From contig CAVQFQ010000015.1 in NCBI GenBank assembly GCA_963711835.1, positions 32,001 through 96,000 of the forward strand: 64,000 nucleotides of DNA, read 5' to 3'. Made by a program: the position numbers and the translations under genes. Every line of letters begins with the position of its first letter. Position 1 is the first letter of the stretch. Below are positions 29,771-38,590 of this stretch, in pieces. This DNA is from an uncultured delta proteobacterium (GTDB lineage: Bacteria > Desulfobacterota > RBG-13-43-22). The notes below the pieces were generated by a model. It was not told where the DNA came from and did not search any database. It was given only the letters and a program-made list of their open reading frames with translations.

Positions 29771-29960
29771 TTTTAATCCTTTCCAATGCCTTTTTTACAT
29801 CAACCTCCTGATAAGGCTTTGCATCACTGCCTGGCTTGCCGCTGATCGTGATATTCACGCCTTTGGGATGCTTATAATTTCTATGACTTCCCATTCCGCC
29901 ACGGTCTATGAAACCGGCAGATTCTAATTTATTTGTATATTCTCTAATTTTTGGAGGCAT
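29757..29960 (-). CDS. hicA: HicA toxin (cassette 3)
   Basis: GSHRNYKHP motif, AKPYQ. Confidence 0.9.
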   Translation of the reverse strand: MPPKIREYTNKLESAGFIDRGGMGSHRNYKHPKGVNITISGKPGSDAKPYQEVDVKKALERIKNEKK

Positions 29961-30027
29961 AATTGAATGGTATCACATTGGTACTAGATTATCAATGATA
30001 TTTTAAATGCAAGTTGAATACTTTGGT

Positions 30028-30101
30028 CTTTAATGGTAGCCATAAGCGGCAAGCATGGAGCGCCAGCGAAATGTCTGTCCGTCTTCATAGCTTTGTTAGC
30101 C
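30028..30101 (-). mobile_element. Integron attC site (74 bp), crossover G mutated to A
   Basis: Minus strand GGCTAAC-aaagcTATGAAGACGG...CCGCTTATGGCtacc-ATTAAAG. Confidence 0.8.
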
Positions 30102-30842
30102 AAGGCGTTTTTGGTGACTCAGATTACGACGCACAACATCTCGCGTCGCAAAGATCACCATGATTGCCTGATCCCGCGATGGGATAGGGATTCTCTCCTT
30201 CGCATGCACCGCGGTGATCCGGCTTGTATTAATGATGTTAACGACGTTCATGAGCGTTGGGTCCATGTACTCTCCCGGAACGCGCTCCTTTATGGACTTG
30301 ATCAGTGTGCCAACCACCGCATTTGGATCACATTGTGTGTTGTGCCGGAGCAGGACTTCCTTCAGGCATACCTTGAGGATCTTGCCGCAGAGGCCGATAG
30401 CGGCGATGAAACAACCTTCATCGAAACAGATCCGAATTTCGTCCAGAGTCTTTAGGAAGTCATCGCGGTAGATCTCGTTTATCTGTGCCTCATTGCACTC
30501 TTGTTGCAAGGATGCGACAGCCTCCGAAACCTCTGTCTTCGGTCCACCAGTGATTTGACCAACGGCACGTCGCAGTTCAGACTCTGAAGCTGCGAGTTCT
30601 CGACCCCGGTCTGAGAGTCAATAACCGATCCACATACCTCCTTCCGCCCCAAATAGAGGTGCCGGATCGCGCACGATTCCGAGCAGGGAGAGTTGCTCGA
30701 TGTAGGTCGTCACAAGAGCGACTCCTGCGTTGCGCAAAACAGGGTTGGTACTCGGATCAACCGTGTCGTCGTATCCGGATCTCGCGCCATGTTCCACGAT
30801 CGCCTTGATCAAATCAAACTGTAATGCAACCGGCATCATCAC
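30096..30842 (-). pseudogene. HEPN/DUF4145-like gene with in-frame TGA at 30618-30620 (cassette 2)
   Basis: ORFs 30618-30842 and 30096-30509 share a frame and are separated by one stop; C-terminal R-ITAV-H (Rx4H). Confidence 0.72.
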
Positions 30843-30846
30843 CTCT

Positions 30847-30895
30847 GGCTAACGCCAAAACTCAGCCACCGAGTTTACGAGGTCGGCTGTTCGCC
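30847..30895 (-). mobile_element. Integron attC site with left-arm deletion (49 bp)
   Basis: Minus strand GGCGAAC-AGCCGACCTCG...CGGTGGCTGAG-ttttggc-GTTAGCC. Confidence 0.78.
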
Positions 30896-30904
30896 GAATA
30901 GTTC

Positions 30905-31204
30905 TTATACATGATTTTCTACTTCAACGGACAGTTTCAACCCAACACTATGAAGTACAGAGCTCAAACTTTTTAATTTTGGATTGCCTTGTGTTGAAAG
31001 AATTCGATAAAGATTCTCACGGTTGAGTTTTGTTTCCCGGGCTATTTCAGAAATGCCCTTTGCGTTCGCAACGTCTTTTAGCGCCATTAAAAACACTTCC
31101 TGAGAGCCATCTTCCAATGCGGCATTTAAATATTCCGCGGCTTCAACTGGATCAAGGAGGTCTTTTTGAAGATTATTTTCGTATTTTTCTGTTACTTTTC
31201 CCAT
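30905..31204 (-). CDS. Addiction-module antidote (HTH antitoxin), cassette 1
   Basis: AAEYLNAALE, LNRENLYRILSTQGNP. Confidence 0.9.
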   Translation of the reverse strand: MGKVTEKYENNLQKDLLDPVEAAEYLNAALEDGSQEVFLMALKDVANAKGISEIARETKLNRENLYRILSTQGNPKLKSLSSVLHSVGLKLSVEVENHV

Positions 31205-31542
31205 TTTGTCCTCCTTTGGAAATCAGCCCAATATGCCTGCGCCAACTGAATATCTTTTGACTGAGATTTTTTAGACCCTCCGCATAGTAAAATCACGATT
31301 GTCATCTCCGATTTCCCATAATAAACACGATAGCCTGGGCCATAATCGACACGCAACTCATTCACACCCTTCCCGACAGGCTTACAATCACCAAAATTTC
31401 CAAGCCTTACACGATTCAGCCGAATTCGAATACGCGCTCGCGTCGATCGATCTTTAAGTGAATTAAGCCAGTTATGGAATGGGTTGTCTCCGTCTTCGGT
31501 TAAATATTCGAGAAGTTCTACCTTGGACTCATTCATGAACAT
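31192..31542 (-). CDS. RelE/HigB-type addiction-module toxin, cassette 1
   Basis: GNFGDCKPVGKGVNELRVDYGPGYRVYY, LLCGGSK; own TTGACA promoter at about 31565-31570. Confidence 0.92.
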   Translation of the reverse strand: MFMNESKVELLEYLTEDGDNPFHNWLNSLKDRSTRARIRIRLNRVRLGNFGDCKPVGKGVNELRVDYGPGYRVYYGKSEMTIVILLCGGSKKSQSKDIQLAQAYWADFQRRTKWEK

Positions 31543-31582
31543 ATTGTGGCTTTAAAACAACAAATGTCAAGTATTTTATTCC

Positions 31583-31620
31583 GGCGAACAAGTTATTCTA
31601 AAGTTTCTTTATATCCCCTC
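31583..31620 (-). mobile_element. attI-like site at the head of the cassette array
   Basis: Minus strand ...CTTTAGAATAACTTG|TTCGCC; not palindromic, and TTCGCCG complements the R'' of cassette 1. Confidence 0.55.
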
Positions 31621-31678
31621 ACCTTAGGGTTTGGCTAGAGGGAGGCAAACAAAGTCCATTGGCTGTTCTGGAAGTAAT

Positions 31679-31812
31679 TCATTGGATTAACTCTAACTGA
31701 TTTTCTTGGGCGATAGCCCCCCTCCTTCAACCGCCGTCTTGCGACGCTCTATCCCGCGGATCATGATGTGGCGCAAAACACCAGGCGCGTCAAGGCAAGC
31801 TAATCTCGGCAT
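31679..31812 (-). pseudogene. Internally deleted IS200-like/REP-associated tyrosine transposase
   Basis: MPRLACLDAPGVLRHIMIRGIERRK (N-terminus) joined to AIAQENQLELIQ* (C-terminus-like) in another frame. Confidence 0.7.
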
Positions 31813-31879
31813 GCACTCATTCCTTCCATAAAAAACCGACTATGACAACTTACTTTCTTACCAGCGCCCCCCATTCCAT

Positions 31880-32728
31880 TTAACTATCTACATGTAAGGC
31901 TTTTTTTTTATAATATACGCCAATTGTTTTTTTAGAATTTTCCTTAGATTCCTCTAAAAAGCAATTTATATTTATTATTGATGATAAAGCCTGAAACAAA
32001 CCATCAACTAAAAGTCCTAACAGCATATACAAATTAGACCCCAAACCCATTGCATATTTGAAACCCTCTTCCTTATTAGGTATCCCATAAAACAATCCCG
32101 TGTGATACATTTCTCCATAAAGCGTGCCGTGCAGTGACTCGGATGCATCTTCGTAAATATAGTTCCATGCTGCCAGATAAATCGCCCCATTAAAAATTTT
32201 TATTTTATCTTCTATAACCTTAATTCGTTCATATAAAGATACTTCTGTCCAGTTTTTCTCCCCACCCCTTCTCCCAGTGAATTTCTTCACCTCTTCACAA
32301 GTTTCGCTAAGAGAAAAAATATTAGGAAGAGGAATATCCTTTCCAATACATTTATAAGCTTTCTGCTTGGCATACAAAGATCTTAATATTCTCTGTTTTG
32401 AATAATCAATGTAATTTTTATACTCAACCTCTTCGCATACAATAAGATAACAAAAATTTACACTTTTTTCTAAAAAGGAACGAGCGATCATATAACCTTC
32501 CGTAATAAAGCCTCCGCTAACTAAATTAAGAATTGCCTTTCCAGCTGTTACTATGCCATAAATCACTGGATCTAAATCACTTAGACGAGATGTTTTATAT
32601 TTTTCTTCCCTTTCTTTCAAAAAAACTTCGAGCATCATGATTTGAAGAAATAGATACTGCTTAAAACTTTTAAGACATTCAAAATCATCGGGGAATTGAC
32701 GCAAAATTTTCTCGACTTCGTTTTCCAT
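31880..32728 (-). CDS. AT-rich DUF5677/HEPN-like protein
   Basis: ARSFLE and YEDASESLHG motifs; markedly low GC; start could be ATG 32770. Confidence 0.65.
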   Translation of the reverse strand: MENEVEKILRQFPDDFECLKSFKQYLFLQIMMLEVFLKEREEKYKTSRLSDLDPVIYGIVTAGKAILNLVSGGFITEGYMIARSFLEKSVNFCYLIVCEEVEYKNYIDYSKQRILRSLYAKQKAYKCIGKDIPLPNIFSLSETCEEVKKFTGRRGGEKNWTEVSLYERIKVIEDKIKIFNGAIYLAAWNYIYEDASESLHGTLYGEMYHTGLFYGIPNKEEGFKYAMGLGSNLYMLLGLLVDGLFQALSSIININCFLEESKENSKKTIGVYYKKKALHVDS

Positions 32729-32823
32729 TTTTTCGCCCTCTACAAAGTTATCTACATTGACCGACTCCATAGATTTGCTATAAAATTTATCGACCGTCAA
32801 CCGAGCGTAGTTGCTGAGTAAAC

Positions 32824-33186
32824 TTATCTTTTTCTTTTAAACCCCTTCGGTTTTGGGATTGTACCGGCCATCTGGGCCTTGAAACCGGAGTCATTGCCCA
32901 TATGAAAGTATAATCGGCCCTGGAGCTCCTTATCAACAATCACGGTCCAGCCTCGGCCGCAAACCGGATCGTTCTCATCCTGGCCTGCCCAGGTAAACTC
33001 CAAACGTTCCAGCCCATTGATTTTTTCCAGACGATGATCAATCTCTCCCTGAACGGCGCCGAATTGGAAAAGGCCAAGGCCGTCTTTCTGAAAGGTAATG
33101 TGCCCCGGAACCTCCATGTCAATGAAGTCCCTGTCCCATAATTCCATTTCAGTGATATGCCATTTACCGATGTAGTTGTTGACCAT
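32824..33186 (-). CDS. Conserved hypothetical beta-rich protein
   Basis: GKWHITEMELWD, FQFGAVQG, GRGW, GRLYFHMG. Confidence 0.75.
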   Translation of the reverse strand: MVNNYIGKWHITEMELWDRDFIDMEVPGHITFQKDGLGLFQFGAVQGEIDHRLEKINGLERLEFTWAGQDENDPVCGRGWTVIVDKELQGRLYFHMGNDSGFKAQMAGTIPKPKGFKRKR

Positions 33187-33187
33187 T

Positions 33188-33436
33188 TTATTCTTCCGCC
33201 AGCCCGAAATGCTTTTTGAATAATTCTTCGGCCTTCTTGAAGCCTTTTTCGCTCATGGCCACCGACTTGGCTTTCCCCTTGGGATCGCTGATCCAGCCTT
33301 TCTGGTGCAGCCGGTCCATGGTTTCCCAAGCGAATCCCTTCCAGGCCCGTTCTCCGTCCTCGCCTTTCGATCTCCAGGTGACCAAATAAAGCAGGGCCAG
33401 AGTCATCTCATCCACTTTTTCTTCGTTGTATTTCAT
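33188..33436 (-). CDS. DUF6429-family protein
   Basis: KVDEMTLALLYL, RAWKGF, ISDPKGKAKSV. Confidence 0.8.
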   Translation of the reverse strand: MKYNEEKVDEMTLALLYLVTWRSKGEDGERAWKGFAWETMDRLHQKGWISDPKGKAKSVAMSEKGFKKAEELFKKHFGLAEE

Positions 33437-33469
33437 TTGCCATTCCTTGGGTAAAATCCAAATCGTCCC

Positions 33470-33832
33470 TTAGGCCGCCAAAGATATTTCGGCCATAATA
33501 CGACCCCAGGGAACCGATAGGCTTTGTTCGGAAGTCCGGGAGATCAACCCAACCCGTTCAAGGGTCTGGACATCCTGATGGACGTTCTTATAGTCCCGAT
33601 TCAGCGTCTTGGCTAACGCCCTGATACTCATTGGCCCTCGATCATAGAGCCTTTTTAAGAGTTCCAATCGCCGAGGGGTAAGAACCCTTAGAAGAGTCTG
33701 GAGATCCTGGAAATAAAGCCTTTGAATAGGCTCTTTTGGAATCAAGCCTTTCTCAGCGTTTTTCCAGGCCTCGATAAATTCTTGGGCGGATTCCTCTTCG
33801 CCTTTAATTTGAATTTTTATATTGGCAGTCAA
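33470..33832 (-). CDS. HTH DNA-binding protein (HVO_A0114-like, putative antitoxin)
   Basis: LTPRRLELL, SIRALAKTLNRDYKNVHQDV. Confidence 0.82.
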   Translation of the reverse strand: MTANIKIQIKGEEESAQEFIEAWKNAEKGLIPKEPIQRLYFQDLQTLLRVLTPRRLELLKRLYDRGPMSIRALAKTLNRDYKNVHQDVQTLERVGLISRTSEQSLSVPWGRIMAEISLAA

Positions 33833-34080
33833 TTCATCCTCCTCTTATTTTTAATATCCTTCAAAAAATCCGCTATCAAGGTTTCAACATTTTTAAAATG
33901 ATAAAGTTCTTCCCTGTTTCCGATGTGGCGATGATCTCCTTTTCCCTTTTCATTATCATAACGAATGGCCGGGGTCCCATCTTTCAAACCATAAAACAGG
34001 CGGTACTTGAACCCATGACTGCTTGACTTGGTCGCGGCTGGCAACTTCCAAAGAATCATTTCCCGAATAGCACCATACCC
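33829..34080 (-). pseudogene. DUF6516/TumE-like toxin, N-terminally truncated
   Basis: GAIREMILWKLP, HGFKYRLFYG, RYDNEKGKGDHRH; the 5' end runs into the HD gene. Confidence 0.7.
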
Positions 34081-34641
34081 TCCAAGATCCGCTCTGCCAT
34101 TTCTGCCTCAGCGATCTGCCTGGCGGAGTCGGTTAGAAACCATCCTTCCAGTTTGGTTCGAAGCCTTTCCAGATACTGCTCAAAAGAATAGTCGTACCTC
34201 CGCCGGTTAATTTCAACGCCCTCTCTTGTATACCTCCAAAGTTTGTCGGCATCCTTGACCAGCTTGTCATTTAGAGAGATCCCCTCTTTCCTGGAATCGT
34301 GACCTTCGATGATGACCAGGATCTCTTCTATTTTCCGCAGTTCAACCCCGGCTTCTTCCAGGATCTGCCGGGCGATCCTGACGCCTTCCACCTCGTGGAC
34401 CCGGTTCCATTCCGGCAGGGTGGCCTTTGGACCAAAAGCCTTCAACTGAAGCTCCTCCGGCACCTGTGACCAGCCGACATCATGTACCAGGATAGCCGGA
34501 ATGACTATGTCTTCATCTCCGGCCTCTAGCCTCCAACAAGCGATAGGCGAATTGCGTTGAAATTTCCGTATGAATATCATTCTCTCGTGTCCGGAGATAG
34601 GGTTCAGCCAGTTTCTTAATCATCCGGTATTGTTCCGACAT
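34056..34641 (-). pseudogene. HD-domain phosphohydrolase with one apparent frameshift (~34530)
   Basis: RENDIHT in one frame; HDVG, HE, GHD and DADKL in another. Confidence 0.75.
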
Positions 34642-34724
34642 CCTGGGAAATACCTCCATATTCAGGGTGGGGATCAGGTTTGATAAGGGCCCTTTTTCTC
34701 TCACCCGAGGCTTCTGCGGAGGGG

Positions 34725-35624
34725 TTAATACCCTTTTTTCCGGGCCAGGTGCCGCACCCGGGCCTCCAGGTTGATCAGATAGGCCGCCTCGGGCTGCTTC
34801 GGTTCCGGTTTGGGATCGTATTCCAGGGCCTTGATCCGGGAAACCACCCTCCCGATATCCCCTTTTTCTTCCTCGATCAGATTATCGACCATCGTCTTAT
34901 GAGCCCGGGTCGCTTCCAGAGAACGGGGGAAAAAATCTTTGGCCTCCGCTCCGGTAAAGACGAGCCGGTGCCCCTGGCAGAAGATATCCGCCTCCAGCCG
35001 GCCCAACCTTTGGATGGAGTTCACATAAGCCTCGAAGTCCACTAAAAATTCGGTGATGATTTCTCCCGAGTTATCCATACAGCCTCCCGCCTCGGAAGAA
35101 ATCAGGATCTTTTGCTCAGGCAGGTAATAGCTCAGGGAATCCCAGGTATGGCCCGGGGTAAAAATGACCTCCAGGCTATTCCCATCCCCCAGGTCGATCC
35201 GATCCCCGTCTGATACAACCCGGTCCACGGTAAAAGGCTTAAAGGGGGCCGCCTCAATCCCGGGATGCCAGCGCCGAAGTACTTCAGCGGCGTTCTGGTT
35301 AAGAAGCGCTATCAGGTTCAAGGCATTGGGCCGGGTCAAAATCTCTGCGGCCTTTGCTGAAGCCGCAATCTCCATCTTCGGAAAGGCTTCCTTCAAATAG
35401 GCCGCAGCCCCGCAATGGTCAAAGTGGACATGGGTAAGGAAAAGGATCTCCGGGGTCCGGCGGCCCAACAAGGCCTTTATCTCGCCGATTACCATCGGCC
35501 CCAGGGAACTGAGTCCGGCTTCAAAAAGAACCGGCCGTTTGCCGTTGAACAGATAGACAGGCATCTCAGGGACGCCCAGGACATAAAACCCGGGGACCAC
35601 CTGGCCTTTTTGGCTGAATTTCAA
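34725..35624 (-). CDS. MBL-fold metallo-hydrolase
   Basis: THVHFDHCG, TPGHT, CQGH; TTG 35624 follows AAGGAGG. Confidence 0.9.
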   Translation of the reverse strand: MKFSQKGQVVPGFYVLGVPEMPVYLFNGKRPVLFEAGLSSLGPMVIGEIKALLGRRTPEILFLTHVHFDHCGAAAYLKEAFPKMEIAASAKAAEILTRPNALNLIALLNQNAAEVLRRWHPGIEAAPFKPFTVDRVVSDGDRIDLGDGNSLEVIFTPGHTWDSLSYYLPEQKILISSEAGGCMDNSGEIITEFLVDFEAYVNSIQRLGRLEADIFCQGHRLVFTGAEAKDFFPRSLEATRAHKTMVDNLIEEEKGDIGRVVSRIKALEYDPKPEPKQPEAAYLINLEARVRHLARKKGY

Positions 35625-35787
35625 GAAACCCTCCTTTGAATATATCGGAACATCACATTTTTTCCCAAGATATCTCATTGACTTATTTTTGCAAGCCAAT
35701 TCCCCTCTTTTTAGGCTTGACCCCTTCCCTTCCCCATTTTATAGTCCTTCCATCCGGCAGTTGTTCCCGGGGGAGGAGGAATAATCC

Positions 35788-37077
35788 ATGTTGGGATCTT
35801 TAGGGCGAGATGATTACACCCGGTTTTGGCACCTGATCGTGACCCTTACGTCGGTGCTGGCTGCCGTCTATATTCCCCTGGAATTGATTTTTCAGGGCAC
35901 TGGATCCGGAGATTTTAAACGCTTTGATACCCTGGTCACTTTCATCTTTTCCGTTGATGTGCTGGTTTATCAACTGACTTGGCGCCGGCAAGGCGAGGAA
36001 ACCCACCTCCTTCATAGGGAGATCCCGAAAAGAGAGCGGGTCATCTGGCTCACAATTGATCTGCTGGCTGCTCTGCCTTTTGGGATGCTCTTGGGTACTC
36101 CTTACTTATCGGCCTTGAGAATTTTAAAACTGCTCCGGGTCGGCCAGTATCTGCACCACTGGCGCCAGAAGGTCTTAAAATATAGCGACCCCCTAAAACT
36201 GGCTTTCTTCGCTTTCTGGTTTTTCATCCTCACCCACTGGCTCACCTGCGGCTGGCTGGCCCTGGCCTCGAATTTCTATAAAGCAGATCCGGCAACCAAC
36301 TATCTCTCTGCCTTTCACTGGGTTATTGAAACCTTGACCTCGGTCGGTTTCGGGGAGACCATCCCGGCCTCCAATGCCCAGAGGATCTATTCCATTATTT
36401 TGATGCTGGCCGGGGTGGGTGTCTATGGCTATGTCATCGGGAATGTAGCCGGTATCCTGGCGAAAAGGGATCCGGCTAAAAACCAGTATTTCAGCAACCT
36501 GGACCAGTTGAACGCCTTTGTCCAGTACCGGGATATCCCCTCCAGCCTCCAAAAGCGAATCCGGGACTACTATGCCTATATCTGGAAAAAGCGTTTGGGG
36601 TTCGATGAAACGACTTTCCTCTCCGGACTGCCCCGAGGGCTCCACACCGAAGTGGCCATGCACCTCAAGGTCGAAATCCTGGAAAAAATTCCTTTGTTTA
36701 AAGGGGTGAGAAAAAGTTTTATCGGCGAAGTGGCTTTAAATTTGAAACCCGATGTCTATACCCCGGGAGAGTTTATATTCAGGGCCGGCCAGAAAGCCAA
36801 ACGCATGTATTTTGTTATCAGGGGTCGGTTGGACGTTTTAACCAAAGAAGGGGTTGTCATTAATACCCTGCAGGACGGGGATTTTTTCGGCGAGATCGCC
36901 CTCTTCAGCGATCAACCCCGAAGCGCCTCAGTCCGGGCGGTTACCTACTGCGACCTCTACATCCTCGACAAAGAGGTCTTTGAATATTTATTGGAGCGTT
37001 TTCCGGACATCGGCGCCCACATCAAAGAAGTCGGCCTCGAAAGATTAGGCCGGGGTGATTCTTTGAAGGCCGATTAA
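35788..37077 (+). CDS. Cyclic-nucleotide-gated cation (K+) channel
   Basis: S4-like LRILKLLR, pore TLTSVGFGE, C-linker, FFGEIAL...RSASV cNMP domain. Confidence 0.9.
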   Translation: MLGSLGRDDYTRFWHLIVTLTSVLAAVYIPLELIFQGTGSGDFKRFDTLVTFIFSVDVLVYQLTWRRQGEETHLLHREIPKRERVIWLTIDLLAALPFGMLLGTPYLSALRILKLLRVGQYLHHWRQKVLKYSDPLKLAFFAFWFFILTHWLTCGWLALASNFYKADPATNYLSAFHWVIETLTSVGFGETIPASNAQRIYSIILMLAGVGVYGYVIGNVAGILAKRDPAKNQYFSNLDQLNAFVQYRDIPSSLQKRIRDYYAYIWKKRLGFDETTFLSGLPRGLHTEVAMHLKVEILEKIPLFKGVRKSFIGEVALNLKPDVYTPGEFIFRAGQKAKRMYFVIRGRLDVLTKEGVVINTLQDGDFFGEIALFSDQPRSASVRAVTYCDLYILDKEVFEYLLERFPDIGAHIKEVGLERLGRGDSLKAD

Positions 37078-37131
37078 CCCATCCACCCGTACCCAGGAGA
37101 TCCTGATCGTATTCCTTTGAAAATTTGATAG

Positions 37132-37453
37132 TGTCCCAAAGTTACGTGATTCTTACTCTGGGGGCATTTTTCTTGAGGCGCAAAATCCGTTTCTGAAGCG
37201 TCAGGGGGTCTTGATTTCGAGGATTGTCCACCCCCAAGTCCAGAGCTGGAAACCAGGCTGGAAGTGTCAAGGTTAGGTTTGAAGCAGGCCAAAACCAAAG
37301 CTATTTGCTGGACCGGGTGAATGCCCGGCACCAAATTCACTTATAGATAAGGGCCGGATTGGGGCTACGAATCACCCTTTGGACAACTTCGAAATCAAGA
37401 CCCCCTGACGCCTTTAAAAATCATAGAGGACTTCATCACGTAACTTTGGGACA
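37132..37453 (+). mobile_element. MITE with nested inverted repeats
   Basis: Outer TGTCCCAAAGTTACGTGAT/ATCACGTAACTTTGGGACA; inner GCGTCAGGGGGTCTTGATTTCGA/TCGAAATCAAGACCCCCTGACGC. Confidence 0.88.
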
Positions 37454-38516
37454 ATTTCGAAAATTTTTTACCAGGACTCCGGCCGATCCCCAGGCAGAGG
37501 CTTTTCTGGATACCCTCTATCGGGTCGTGCTCAACCGCAATCCCGATCCCTCGGGGCGGGACTATTTTAAACAGCAGCTTGTGTCAGGCCGGATGACCGA
37601 ACAGCAGGTGACGGAGGCCCTCTTTCTTTCGGCTGAATTTCAAAAAACCTTTGCTTCCCGTTTTCAAAAGTACGATGCCAGCGAGGCCTTTTTCGATTTT
37701 ATTCAGGTAGCTTCGCCGGATCCCTTCCTGCCTTTTGTTTCTCCCTCTCCTTACCGGGAGAAGCAATTGATTGAGCTGGTCAACCCCGGAAAGTGGCTTG
37801 ACCCGGAATGGAGAAGGCTCCAGGCCGGGCTGAGAGTCGTCAGCCTGTCCTTCCAGGGCATGCACCGAAAAACCTTTGAGTGGGTTCAGACCCTTTTCGG
37901 CTGCTCCTTATTGGGCATTCTGGGCAAGGAAAGACGGTTCCTGGGAGTGGGCTGCGGGCATGAACCGATTGTCTATTGGTTGGCCAATCACTGCCGGGAG
38001 ATGGTGGCCACGGACCTTTATGAAGGCAACTGGGCCGAAAAAGAAGGGGACCCTGCCGTTTTGAAAAACGGCTCCTCCTATGCCCCTTTTGAATTCAATC
38101 CGGAGAAATTGACCTTCCTTAAAATGGACGGGCGGAAACTCCTCTTTGGAGACGCGTCTTTTGATCTGGTTTTTTCTCTGTCGTCCATCGAGCACTTCGG
38201 CGGCCACGAGGAAGCGGCCAAGGCCGTCCGGGAAATGGCCCGGGTTTTAAAGTCCGGAGGTCTGCTGGTCATTGCCACCGAGGTCATTCTGAATGGGAAA
38301 AAGCACGCCGAATTTTTCCGCTTCGAAGAGTTGATCCGATATATTATTGAACCTTCCGGGATGAAATTGATTCAAGTCCCGGTATTTGAACTGCCCCGCT
38401 TTGCCCTGGAGCACCCTTCCCTGCTTCCCGAAGAAAAGGACAAAACACCTCACCTGGTCTGTCAAAAAAGGGGGGTTGTTTTCACTTCGGTTATACTGTT
38501 TTTGAAAAAGGAGTAG
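37446..38516 (+). CDS. DUF4214-like domain plus class I SAM methyltransferase
   Basis: LYRVVLNRNPDPSG...SAEF; GVGCG, SLSSIEHFG, RVLKSGG; start uncertain. Confidence 0.8.
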   Translation: MGQFRKFFTRTPADPQAEAFLDTLYRVVLNRNPDPSGRDYFKQQLVSGRMTEQQVTEALFLSAEFQKTFASRFQKYDASEAFFDFIQVASPDPFLPFVSPSPYREKQLIELVNPGKWLDPEWRRLQAGLRVVSLSFQGMHRKTFEWVQTLFGCSLLGILGKERRFLGVGCGHEPIVYWLANHCREMVATDLYEGNWAEKEGDPAVLKNGSSYAPFEFNPEKLTFLKMDGRKLLFGDASFDLVFSLSSIEHFGGHEEAAKAVREMARVLKSGGLLVIATEVILNGKKHAEFFRFEELIRYIIEPSGMKLIQVPVFELPRFALEHPSLLPEEKDKTPHLVCQKRGVVFTSVILFLKKE

Positions 38517-38590
38517 AGTCAAGAGTCGGTGCCCAATCCTCATATGTCCCGAACGACGATGAGAACTAAAGATCAGAAAAGGAGGGAACC

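Noticed and set aside
30618-30620. In-frame TGA as selenocysteine
   Set aside because: Not at a Cys-like catalytic position and no obvious SECIS hairpin; a nonsense mutation is simpler
31620-31880. Integron integrase remnant
   Set aside because: No tyrosine-recombinase motifs; the only recognisable relic is a Y1 transposase fragment
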